DNA from: a virus
DNA: 64,000 bases
Reading direction: 5' to 3' (one strand)
Virus record (IMG/VR): IMGVR_UViG_3300045999_011383
This document shows, in pieces, positions 43,906 through 52,268 of the stretch. Within the stretch, counting starts at the first letter, position 1; every line of letters begins with the position of its first letter. The notes beneath the pieces were generated by a model, which was given only the letters and a program-made list of their open reading frames with translations, was not told where the DNA came from and did not search any database. The translations under genes and the position numbers were made by a program.

Positions 43906-44006
43906 ACCAGAAGGAGACGGCTATATAGAGTGGAGAACAGATGCACCGTTAAGCATCTTTACAGCCAAGGCTAAAAAAGAAATCAAACAAAAACTAGGAG
44001 TCACCA

Positions 44007-44552
44007 ATGAGCGTATTTAATATTATCAGAACTTACTTAACTCAAAATATTTCTGATGAAGAATTAGAAGCAAGAGCCATAGCGATCGCTAATGAAGTCG
44101 AGTTAGATTTAACCAGTATTTACGACCCTGAATCTGAAACCTTTAATGAGCCAAACGTCAAATTTATTGCTGAGGAAATTGATAAACAATCCGGGTCAAT
44201 AGCATTAATTCCTAACAGCAACTCAATTGATTTAGTGACTGAAAAACCAGGAAAGAAAGCCCGAAATACCAAGAATAAAAGCACCGGGCATAATCCTATT
44301 GAGGATTTAAAGCCAGTTATCATACAATTAAATCAAACAATATCTTCACGGGCAACAAACATGAAAAATATTGTTGCCAGAAAAGTTGAAGAAAAAGAGA
44401 ATTCAATTGTAGATGATTTAGTTGGGCTGACTAACAACATGGAGTCAAATATTGTAGGAAAGTTTACGGCAGAACTCAAGAAGAGGTCGGAAGAAAACAA
44501 AAACTTTCTCGAAGAATTTGAGTCAGCTTTTGACGAGGCATGGGGTAATTAG
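44007..44552 (+). CDS. hypothetical acidic protein (181 aa)
   Basis: ORF track. Confidence 0.55.
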   Translation: MSVFNIIRTYLTQNISDEELEARAIAIANEVELDLTSIYDPESETFNEPNVKFIAEEIDKQSGSIALIPNSNSIDLVTEKPGKKARNTKNKSTGHNPIEDLKPVIIQLNQTISSRATNMKNIVARKVEEKENSIVDDLVGLTNNMESNIVGKFTAELKKRSEENKNFLEEFESAFDEAWGN

Positions 44553-44629
44553 TGGCATTATTAGCCCTTCCTATTGGCTGGTAGCGGCCATATTTGCTCA
44601 ATTGTTCATAGCATCAGGAATAGTAATTT

Positions 44630-45031
44630 ATGCAGTTTCCCAGCCATCTAGAGACACAGGAGGATATCCAACAACCCCAGAAGAACCCACTAGAACTTAC
44701 CGTGAAGCCCGGTGGTGAGTTTGCAGTCAAAGGTTCTATTCCTGAAGATATCCTTGACAGGATCATCACGTCATCTGACTATCACAAAGATAAACAGTAT
44801 CGCGCTGAAGAGCAAAGTCGGCGCGACGCAAAGTACCACAAAGATCAGCAGTATCGCATTGAACAACAGATTCAGCGCGATGCAACCATAACTAATATTT
44901 TCACTATTAGTTTTTTGGGGTTGACCTTTCTTGTATTAATTCTCTGTGCATATTTAAGTATCAACAAATCAACCAACCAGGAACATCAAAATGTTAGACA
45001 ACATATTCGGGGGACTTGCGTCCAGCAATAA
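44630..45031 (+). CDS. tail-anchored membrane protein (133 aa) with YHKD(K/Q)QYR repeat
   Basis: C-terminal TM segment ITNIFTISFLGLTFLVLILCAYL. Confidence 0.45.
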   Translation: MQFPSHLETQEDIQQPQKNPLELTVKPGGEFAVKGSIPEDILDRIITSSDYHKDKQYRAEEQSRRDAKYHKDQQYRIEQQIQRDATITNIFTISFLGLTFLVLILCAYLSINKSTNQEHQNVRQHIRGTCVQQ

Positions 45032-45431
45032 TAAAACTGATCTAAAAGGAATTGGAACTAATGTCACAAAAATTGGGGACATGGGTAGTTCTTTAGCAAG
45101 AATTAAAGAGAGAATGATCCTTCCAGAATCAGTTTCCGCCCAACAGGTTTTAAACGAAGCTAAACACACTGGAGAAATAGAAGCCCAATTAGAATTAGCA
45201 AGAGACATAGTTACCAGTAGAAGTCAGCAAATGGATCAGCTACTAAGGCTTCATGAGTTGAATGTTCAGCACACTCAAAAAGTAATGCAAGTTGATGAAC
45301 GTTTAAGAGGGATTGAAGCTAGTCACGGTAAAGTTGTATCTAGGTATCAACTAGGCGCAGCAGAAACTCAAGTTAACTTAAACGCCTACGAAACAGTCTA
45401 TACGGTTCAAGCTACGGAGATATTTTCATGA
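44991..45431 (+). CDS. coiled-coil protein (146 aa)
   Basis: AGGAA RBS and ATG; heptad-rich. Confidence 0.55.
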   Translation: MLDNIFGGLASSNNKTDLKGIGTNVTKIGDMGSSLARIKERMILPESVSAQQVLNEAKHTGEIEAQLELARDIVTSRSQQMDQLLRLHELNVQHTQKVMQVDERLRGIEASHGKVVSRYQLGAAETQVNLNAYETVYTVQATEIFS

Positions 45432-45910
45432 TATTCAAGAGGAATAGTGAAGCCGACGCTACTCTATTCCGATTCTTTAATAAAGTTGGCTGGGGTGTGC
45501 TTTTGTACAATGCTTACACCCTGTACCCACACTTTTACAACTTATTAAAGAGTGCGGAATATTGGCAAAGAATCTTTGCAAGTGCAGTAACAGTTGCTTT
45601 GATTTTGGGGATTGAATTATCTGTAACCACGGTTTTATTTGACCCCAAAATATTAGTTAAGATTTTAGAAAAACCTAGAGCAGATAAAGAGGTGAAGCAA
45701 ATATTTGATGCAGTGTTTTTTGTTGGTATAACAGCTTTTTTGCTAATAGCAGCCTACACTTTCTGGACTGATTATCAAATCAATTTAAAACAGTTAGGCA
45801 ATCCTTCCTTGATGTTTTTAAAGGTTTTGTGTGGGGTATTTGTTGTTGGTAGTGAATTAGCTTTTGGTTGTGCAAATGTCTTTTATTTAGCAAGCAAAGA
45901 GGAAGACTAA
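45428..45910 (+). CDS. polytopic membrane protein (160 aa, about 4 TM)
   Basis: ATGA overlap with the upstream gene; hydrophobic segments. Confidence 0.6.
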   Translation: MIFKRNSEADATLFRFFNKVGWGVLLYNAYTLYPHFYNLLKSAEYWQRIFASAVTVALILGIELSVTTVLFDPKILVKILEKPRADKEVKQIFDAVFFVGITAFLLIAAYTFWTDYQINLKQLGNPSLMFLKVLCGVFVVGSELAFGCANVFYLASKEED

Positions 45911-45911
45911 G

Positions 45912-46007
45912 ATGTTAATCCCAGACATCACAGGTATAATTACAATACTATTAATTGCACTGTTCTTAGGCATGATTTTGTACTTGCAATATGACATGAG
46001 AAGGTAA
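45912..46007 (+). CDS. 31-aa single-TM peptide; not in ORF track
   Basis: Own translation: MLIPDITGIITILLIALFLGMILYLQYDMRR*. Packed between two TM genes. Confidence 0.4.
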   Translation: MLIPDITGIITILLIALFLGMILYLQYDMRR

Positions 46008-46010
46008 GTA

Positions 46011-46298
46011 ATGGATAAAGAATTTTACGGGGGGTTACTATTCTGTGGTTACGCAACCTTTCAGCTTCTAAGCTTTTTGTTAAAAGCATTTCCTGTTACC
46101 ACTGGAGGGGCGATCGCACTAATATTTTTAGGATTATTACTAATAATAATTAGTGGCATTAATAACTGGTTAGGTTTGTACTACAAACATCACGGAATTC
46201 TCAATAAAACACAAAACATAGTAGGTTTTGCACCTATTTACACACTAGGAAGTTTAGCTTTATTTGCAGTCATGGTAGGAATTTATGCAGCATCTTGA
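46011..46298 (+). CDS. membrane protein (95 aa, 3 TM)
   Basis: ORF track; hydrophobic. Confidence 0.6.
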   Translation: MDKEFYGGLLFCGYATFQLLSFLLKAFPVTTGGAIALIFLGLLLIIISGINNWLGLYYKHHGILNKTQNIVGFAPIYTLGSLALFAVMVGIYAAS

Positions 46299-46794
46299 GA
46301 GAATTTTAAAACGACTAGAAACTTTGGCTTTGGACAACCCTGAACACATTATACTTGATGATTCCTGGTTAGATAATCTATGCGGTAGTTTAGTAGCACA
46401 AAAACAAAACTCAAGTCAAAATCAGTATCCTCAACTAATAGTAACCGGGGAATTTGGCATTGGTAAATCAAGTTTGATTAAGATGATTCAGGAAAGAACT
46501 GGTTTCCACAGAGACGACATTTTGGAAAGACAAAGCCCACTAATTGCAAAAATTGGACTTACCAAAAAACAGCGAGAAAACATCTCTTTTATTGCAATGG
46601 GTACTCGTGTGATGGGGTACTTACTAGGCAGTCTTAATTACTGGAATATTAATCCAGAATTAGGTGTGCTTTTTGAAGAAGTACGGGATTTACTTGACAA
46701 CGAATACATTCCTTGTGCATTGGTAATTCCCACGAATAAAGACCCTTACATAACATTAGCACCTAACCTACCAAAACCTTATGCAGATTCGTGA
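46285..46794 (+). CDS. P-loop NTPase, short paralog of the next gene (169 aa)
   Basis: ILDDSWLDNLCGS, Walker A GEFGIGKSS, and end ALVIPTNKDPYITLAPNL match motifs in 46781-48331. Confidence 0.6.
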   Translation: MQHLERILKRLETLALDNPEHIILDDSWLDNLCGSLVAQKQNSSQNQYPQLIVTGEFGIGKSSLIKMIQERTGFHRDDILERQSPLIAKIGLTKKQRENISFIAMGTRVMGYLLGSLNYWNINPELGVLFEEVRDLLDNEYIPCALVIPTNKDPYITLAPNLPKPYADS

Positions 46795-48331
46795 AACCCC
46801 TTTTACCAAGGATAGAGACAACTTTCTCCCATTAATGATGACAGAACGATTATTAATGGGAACGCTGGCAATTACAGCCATAGCAGGTACTTTTTCCCCT
46901 GTATTATTTTCCCATCAAAATAACTCGGTTAAGTTGGTTCAGCAAATATTTGGATTATTCTCAGGTATTTGTTTTACTGGAGAATCTTATCGCAGGAAGC
47001 AAAAAGAAAAATTCTACAACTCCATAGAACAGGCAAATTTAGCTATTGTCAACAATCAGCTTAAAGGGTCTTTTGCCTTTGAACAGTGTCGAACTCAGAT
47101 TGATTCTAAGCGGGAATTAGCTTCTTATGTCAACTTATTGCCAGAAATAGAACGACCCCGATGGACACAAGAATTTGGGCTACATGGCTTAGTTGAGTTA
47201 CCGCAGATACAGCAAGCAGTCCTTGAACAGCCTAAGCAGTTGCCCGGTTCTCGTAGTATTCCTAACCCAGAGGTTGCCACCATTGACGAACAATCAGTAC
47301 AAGCAATTATCAATCCTAGCGTAAGACAACTACTGCAAGAATTAGCATCTCAGTATCCTGAATATGTGCGGATAGATGATTTCTGGGTTGATGAATTGTG
47401 TGAAAGTTCATCTAGACAAAACATGAGCGATCGCGCCAATCATCACTTTAGTTTTTGGGGAGAAACCCAATCAGGGAAATCAACTTTAGCAGGTGTTTTT
47501 ATCAATAAGATTGCTGCTAATTCACAAAGGCCAGCTTATGTGTTTTGTTCAGATCCCAAGAATTACTTAACAGCTTGGTTGTGTAAATTTAGCCGCAAGT
47601 TTGATGGGTTTAAAACCAATTTAGATCATTGGGTTACTTTTGCCACGAAAGTTATAGATGCACGTCAGGATGAGTTTAAAAACAACCGCAAGGGTGAAGG
47701 ATTAAGTGAAATATTCTTGGTTCAAGACGAGGTTAATGTTGTTTATGGTGAGGGCAAAGGACTACTTGGACAAGTACCAAAAGAAACGGCAATGAACCTT
47801 TGCGCTATGTGGAATTATATTATTAATTTCACCGCAGCCATGAAAATTCACGGCATCTTTATGGGACAAAATCCATTAAGTACCTACACTGGTTTTTCCC
47901 GTCCTGCACTTAAAAATATTTGCTTTTTGGCATTGGGGAAAGTGTCCAATTATGTACTTACTAGAATGCCAGAATTGTTAAATGTCAAAGCAGAAATATC
48001 TGATTTGTTTAGTCAAGTGTGTGAACTCTTAGACAGGGAACAGGTGAGATATGCCCTGGTAATTCCTACTCGTGGTAATCCATTTGTAGCCTTAATTCCG
48101 GTATTTGATATTGATGCAATGGAACAGGTCAACGAACCCCAAGAAACTGCTCCTAAGCAAGACGCAGTTAACTATTACGAAATACTGATTGAATGGATTA
48201 AAGAATTAGAGAGATTCCCCACCAACGATGAACTAAAAGCAGCCTGGAAACACTTGACCGAACAGGAACTAAATGATAACGGGATTGAGTTACTAGCGTC
48301 CAAATTAAAAGAGGAATGGGAAAATGAGTAA
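46781..48331 (+). CDS. membrane-anchored P-loop NTPase (516 aa), FtsK/VirD4-like layout
   Basis: Two N-terminal TM segments, RIDDFWVDELCESS, Walker A GETQSGKST, Walker B-like IFLVQDEV, ALVIPTRGNPFVALIPVF. Confidence 0.6.
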   Translation: MQIRETPFTKDRDNFLPLMMTERLLMGTLAITAIAGTFSPVLFSHQNNSVKLVQQIFGLFSGICFTGESYRRKQKEKFYNSIEQANLAIVNNQLKGSFAFEQCRTQIDSKRELASYVNLLPEIERPRWTQEFGLHGLVELPQIQQAVLEQPKQLPGSRSIPNPEVATIDEQSVQAIINPSVRQLLQELASQYPEYVRIDDFWVDELCESSSRQNMSDRANHHFSFWGETQSGKSTLAGVFINKIAANSQRPAYVFCSDPKNYLTAWLCKFSRKFDGFKTNLDHWVTFATKVIDARQDEFKNNRKGEGLSEIFLVQDEVNVVYGEGKGLLGQVPKETAMNLCAMWNYIINFTAAMKIHGIFMGQNPLSTYTGFSRPALKNICFLALGKVSNYVLTRMPELLNVKAEISDLFSQVCELLDREQVRYALVIPTRGNPFVALIPVFDIDAMEQVNEPQETAPKQDAVNYYEILIEWIKELERFPTNDELKAAWKHLTEQELNDNGIELLASKLKEEWENE

Positions 48332-48527
48332 GAAGTTAGAGGGCTTTATCTTAGGGTCAGAACAGGGATTAATCCATAAGAATACTGGACTTTATGACAT
48401 TATTTTCACCACCAAAATAAGGGAAGCAAGACTGTTTAATTCAAGACGTGAAGTTGACACTTTTAAAACATTAAGAGGATTAGATTTGATGCCACTAACT
48501 TGTTATCAAATCTGTCAACAAACATAA
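48324..48527 (+). CDS. hypothetical small protein (67 aa)
   Basis: 8-nt overlap with the upstream gene. Confidence 0.45.
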   Translation: MSKKLEGFILGSEQGLIHKNTGLYDIIFTTKIREARLFNSRREVDTFKTLRGLDLMPLTCYQICQQT

Positions 48528-48687
48528 TGAATACTTTGCTGGCAAAAGAGTATATGAGTAATTGTATACTCTTTTTAAGCATTAAAAATTATCGTTATTT
48601 ATGTTTGATTACCTATGCTAATATATTGTTGTATAATAACAAAAGTTCACTAATTTATTTTTTTAATTTTGGTTTAGAGCGAAGATT

Positions 48688-49506
48688 ATGTTTAGCCCAC
48701 AGCAAGTATTAGACTACATAAAAACGCGGGGTGGCGATGTTGAACTAAGGGATTTAAACCACTTTGGCAATAGTTTAATCAAAAGATTAGAAGCAGCAAG
48801 ATGTATTAAGATAACTGGTAGGGTAGGGGAACTTAAAGTATCTCTAATTTGCAGTAATTTTGACAGCAAGCAACAGAAAAATATTGAACCCACTGAAACC
48901 ATTGTTCAACCCCCAAAACACCCTGAGAAGGCAAAATTAAAAAAGCCTAAAACACCATATAAGCGACTTAAACCCAAAAAAGAAAAAGCCCCAGGGATAA
49001 AAACTAAGTGTAAATTGTTAAGAGAATCAATACTTAATGAAATCAAAAAGTCCAATAAACCCATGTCCACAGAAGACATAAGAACGGCACTAACTTTAAA
49101 TATGAGTGCAAAAAGGGTTTACTATCATTTAAAAAGTCTTGAAAAACAAAATTTAATCACCTCATTTGATTGGCATATTATCTTTTGGGTAAGTATAGAG
49201 AAAAAAGACTTATTGAACAAAGCTCCCGCAATGTATGTACCAAGAGACAGAAACAAAGCCCTTGTTTTAGAAGTTTTAAAAACCGCAGATAAAGCGTTGT
49301 CTGTAAAAGATGTTGTTGCATTGTTGTTCTTTAAATTGTCCGCATATACAGTCAGAAGAATATTGTCAATACTTATTCAGGACGGCATTGCTCAAAGCAA
49401 TGTTGTTCCTAGTAACAAAGAATTTTACTATGCTTGTAACGACAACACAAAAGCAATAATAAGTTTGCAAAAATTAAAAAAAACAAAGTTTTCTCCCCTG
49501 AATTAA
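48688..49506 (+). CDS. DNA-binding protein with three winged-helix-like repeats and a Lys-rich linker (272 aa)
   Basis: VLDYIKTRGG.VELRDL...; ILNEIKKSNKPMSTEDIRTALTLNMSAKRVYYHLKSLEKQNLI; VLEVLKTADKALSVKDVVALL...YTVRRILSILIQDGI. Confidence 0.55.
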   Translation: MFSPQQVLDYIKTRGGDVELRDLNHFGNSLIKRLEAARCIKITGRVGELKVSLICSNFDSKQQKNIEPTETIVQPPKHPEKAKLKKPKTPYKRLKPKKEKAPGIKTKCKLLRESILNEIKKSNKPMSTEDIRTALTLNMSAKRVYYHLKSLEKQNLITSFDWHIIFWVSIEKKDLLNKAPAMYVPRDRNKALVLEVLKTADKALSVKDVVALLFFKLSAYTVRRILSILIQDGIAQSNVVPSNKEFYYACNDNTKAIISLQKLKKTKFSPLN

Positions 49507-49592
49507 GTTAAGATCAAAATAGTTTTTGAACCTACTACTCCCATGTCAAATCAACACTCAAGTGAGTATGTTTCCCACCAAAAAGATGAATT

Positions 49593-49949
49593 ATGCAGTT
49601 GGGAACTATGAAAAATACTCAATCAAAAATAGACTACAGTAAGCGATACGGAAATCCTAGAAAGTATCGCCAACAATGCGCGATCGCTCACAAGTCAACC
49701 CATGGGCTATGCTGTTATTGCATTACTAGCAAATCAGATGAATTACATCATGCCTACTACGGCAAGGATGTCATAGGAGAATCGGTATTTCCTGTTTGCT
49801 TACGTTGTCATCAAACTATCTGTCATGACCCCAAGAATTGGATTATAGACCACAAAAATCAATTGTGGAAAAATAGAAACACCACCAAGTTTTTAGAAAG
49901 ACTAAAATTAGGTTACAGGCTATTATATGAAGGCATAAACCTGATATAA
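49593..49949 (+). CDS. Cys/His-rich HNH-like protein (118 aa), paralog of 31590-31931
   Basis: See the 31590-31931 entry. Confidence 0.65.
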   Translation: MQLGTMKNTQSKIDYSKRYGNPRKYRQQCAIAHKSTHGLCCYCITSKSDELHHAYYGKDVIGESVFPVCLRCHQTICHDPKNWIIDHKNQLWKNRNTTKFLERLKLGYRLLYEGINLI

Positions 49950-49972
49950 TGTCAATGTGTAATAAGACCCCA

Positions 49973-50003
49973 GGATGGGAAACTGCGCTCCCATCTTTTT
50001 TTT
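49973..50003 (+). terminator. intrinsic terminator
   Basis: GATGGGA-N8-TCCCATC followed by T8. Confidence 0.8.
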
Positions 50004-50072
50004 ATTGCACACATTAATAAAAATAAATGGTATAATAAAAAAGTCTTTTGGCTGTTACCCTGTTGTATAACC

Positions 50073-50099
50073 ACTCGCGCCTCCTCCGCGAGTTTTTTA
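50073..50099 (+). terminator. intrinsic terminator / attenuator hairpin with CCUCCUC loop
   Basis: ACTCGCG-CCTCCTC-CGCGAGT followed by TTTTT. Confidence 0.7.
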
Positions 50100-50128
50100 T
50101 TTTTAAAGTCATCTGGTAGAGGTAATTT

Positions 50129-50935
50129 ATGAAAAAAAATAACTTATTAATACAGTTGATGGTTCTGTCGTTGGTGCTACAAACGGCAATACATTCTGAA
50201 ACCGGAATTACTAAAAAGGCAATTGCAGTAAATGAGTCATCTTTGATTAAAGCTCAAGCACCTGTTCCTCAAAAAACAGAAGTCCAGAATAAAGAAGATT
50301 ACTATGAACTTCGTGATGCACTAAGATCCCTTGATATCATCAAAGCCTTAATAATTTTTTCTGGATGTATTTTTACAGCCATTGTATCCATGATGGGTGA
50401 GGCTTTGGTTAAGCAAGTTATTGAGCAAATCAAAAATATTGTTATTGAAGTTGTTGGTAATCAACAGATGTTTAACAACATATCCTCTTCAGAAATTACA
50501 GAAATCAATGCAATGATGGAAAGGATTAGGTATGACTTAAAAGCAGTCAGAATATCTTTGTTTAAATTCCATCTAGACAACCATTCTATATTTTTAGAAG
50601 TAGCATCTAGTGGCAAACACTCAATGGCTAGTCGCCCGCCAATTTCTAGGCATTTTTTTGATAGTGCCATTAAACCTATGATTGATAATAAAATTTCCTA
50701 CTCTTGCTGCGGTAGTGAAGGTGAGGTTTGTTCTACTTGGTTAAGCAGTAGAGACACGGGACGTTATGCTATATATTTATTTTATTATAAAGAAAATTTC
50801 GCTGGATTTATATTAGTTGAATGGAGTAAATCTTTCTTTGAAAATTGGTTTTTTAATGAAGACATGGGAAAATGTGAACCACAATTAAAGATGCTATCTG
50901 CTATGATCAGTGAAGCAATAAAGGACAAAAATTAA
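50129..50935 (+). CDS. membrane protein with signal/TM segments and a cytoplasmic GAF-like C-domain (268 aa)
   Basis: MKKNNLLIQLMVLSLVLQTAIHS, and TM segment IIKALIIFSGCIFTAIVSMMG. The GAF call is weak. Confidence 0.5.
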   Translation: MKKNNLLIQLMVLSLVLQTAIHSETGITKKAIAVNESSLIKAQAPVPQKTEVQNKEDYYELRDALRSLDIIKALIIFSGCIFTAIVSMMGEALVKQVIEQIKNIVIEVVGNQQMFNNISSSEITEINAMMERIRYDLKAVRISLFKFHLDNHSIFLEVASSGKHSMASRPPISRHFFDSAIKPMIDNKISYSCCGSEGEVCSTWLSSRDTGRYAIYLFYYKENFAGFILVEWSKSFFENWFFNEDMGKCEPQLKMLSAMISEAIKDKN

Positions 50936-51002
50936 ACTGTTGTAAAACCCTGGCAATGCACAATAAATCAATAGTAGAGCGAGCAACTACCAGGGTAAAT
51001 AT

Positions 51003-52139
51003 TTAATCTCTTATTTGCACAGGCATGGTTAAATATGTCATTTTTAATCCACTTAACGGAGTAAAAATAACTGGTTGCAACTGATGATTTAAGTGAATTT
51101 GAATCTCTGCGGAAGATAACTCTTTAAGTCCTTCCAAAAGATATTTAACATTAAACCCGACTTCGATATCAGTACCAGAAACTTGGGCTGGTATTGACTC
51201 TATAGCACTACCCACATCTTGAGTTTCGCAGGACAAAATTACTAGTTGATTGTCCCTATCTAAAGACAATTTGACAATATTGTTTTTCTGACTAGCTAAC
51301 ACAGAAATCCGTTCTAAGGTGCTAATAAATTGTTTTCTGTCTATTGTTACTTCTCGCTCAAATTGCCTGGGAATTAATTGATTATAAGCAGGATAATGAC
51401 CTTCTAATGTGCGACTGGTTAATCTTTGGTTTCCACGCACAAATACTACTTGTACCGGATCTATGTAAATTTCAACCTGTTCAGGAGCAGAACCCTGGCT
51501 TAACATTTTTTGCAATTCTCGTAACGCTTTAGCAGGAATTGTCACCTCTGATTCTTGATCCTCGTCTGACTCACGACTGGTTTCCACTACCGCTAATCTG
51601 TGTCCATCGGTAGAGGCAAATTCTATACTATCTCGCTTTAAGAAAAAATGCACACCAGTGAGAACCTGTTTAGTCTCATCAGAGCTAGTAGCAAATAAAG
51701 TACGTTGCAGTCCCTCGCTAAGTGCCGAAGCAGAAACCTCAATTGGTTCTACCTCGTGAACTGTTGGCAACTCAGGAAACTCATCAGCATTCATAGCACG
51801 GACTTGATAGCGACCGCTTTTAGGTTTTAAAGTGACGGTAATACCACCGCTTTCTTCTTCAGTGCTACTGATTGTAATGTCACCCTGGGGTAATTTAGAA
51901 ACAATATCTAAGAGTAGTTTAGAAGGTATGGTAATTTCACCACCCTGTAACACCTGAGCATCAAAAGTAGTACAAATGCCTAAACTTAAATCAAAGGAAG
52001 TTAATTCCACTTGATCAGTGTCGCTGTTAGCCTTTAACAAAATATTAGCAAGTACCGGATGAGTTGGGCGTGAAGGAACAGCACGACTAGCCAAAGAAAG
52101 ATTGGCGTTAAGTTCAGATTGAGAGCAAATTAATTTCAT
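51003..52139 (-). CDS. dnaN: DNA polymerase III beta sliding clamp
   Basis: MKLICSQSELNANLSLASRAVPSRPTHPVLANILLKA... over 378 aa with three-domain length, ending ...MTYLTMPVQIRD. Confidence 0.9.
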   Translation of the reverse strand: MKLICSQSELNANLSLASRAVPSRPTHPVLANILLKANSDTDQVELTSFDLSLGICTTFDAQVLQGGEITIPSKLLLDIVSKLPQGDITISSTEEESGGITVTLKPKSGRYQVRAMNADEFPELPTVHEVEPIEVSASALSEGLQRTLFATSSDETKQVLTGVHFFLKRDSIEFASTDGHRLAVVETSRESDEDQESEVTIPAKALRELQKMLSQGSAPEQVEIYIDPVQVVFVRGNQRLTSRTLEGHYPAYNQLIPRQFEREVTIDRKQFISTLERISVLASQKNNIVKLSLDRDNQLVILSCETQDVGSAIESIPAQVSGTDIEVGFNVKYLLEGLKELSSAEIQIHLNHQLQPVIFTPLSGLKMTYLTMPVQIRD

Positions 52140-52268
52140 GATCTGTGGGAATGTTACTCGTATTAATACTATATTTAATAATAATATTAATTGATTAGTT
52201 TGTCAATAATACTCTCATTTTATGGTATTATTTTTATAGAAATTAATAATTAAAATCAGCAAAAAACC

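Noticed and set aside
44518-44718. 66-aa TTG-started TM ORF overlapping 44630-45031
   Set aside because: It has no ATG/GTG start with an RBS, and it overlaps the ATG-started 133-aa ORF by 89 nt in another frame. It may still be real, but it is not supportable here.
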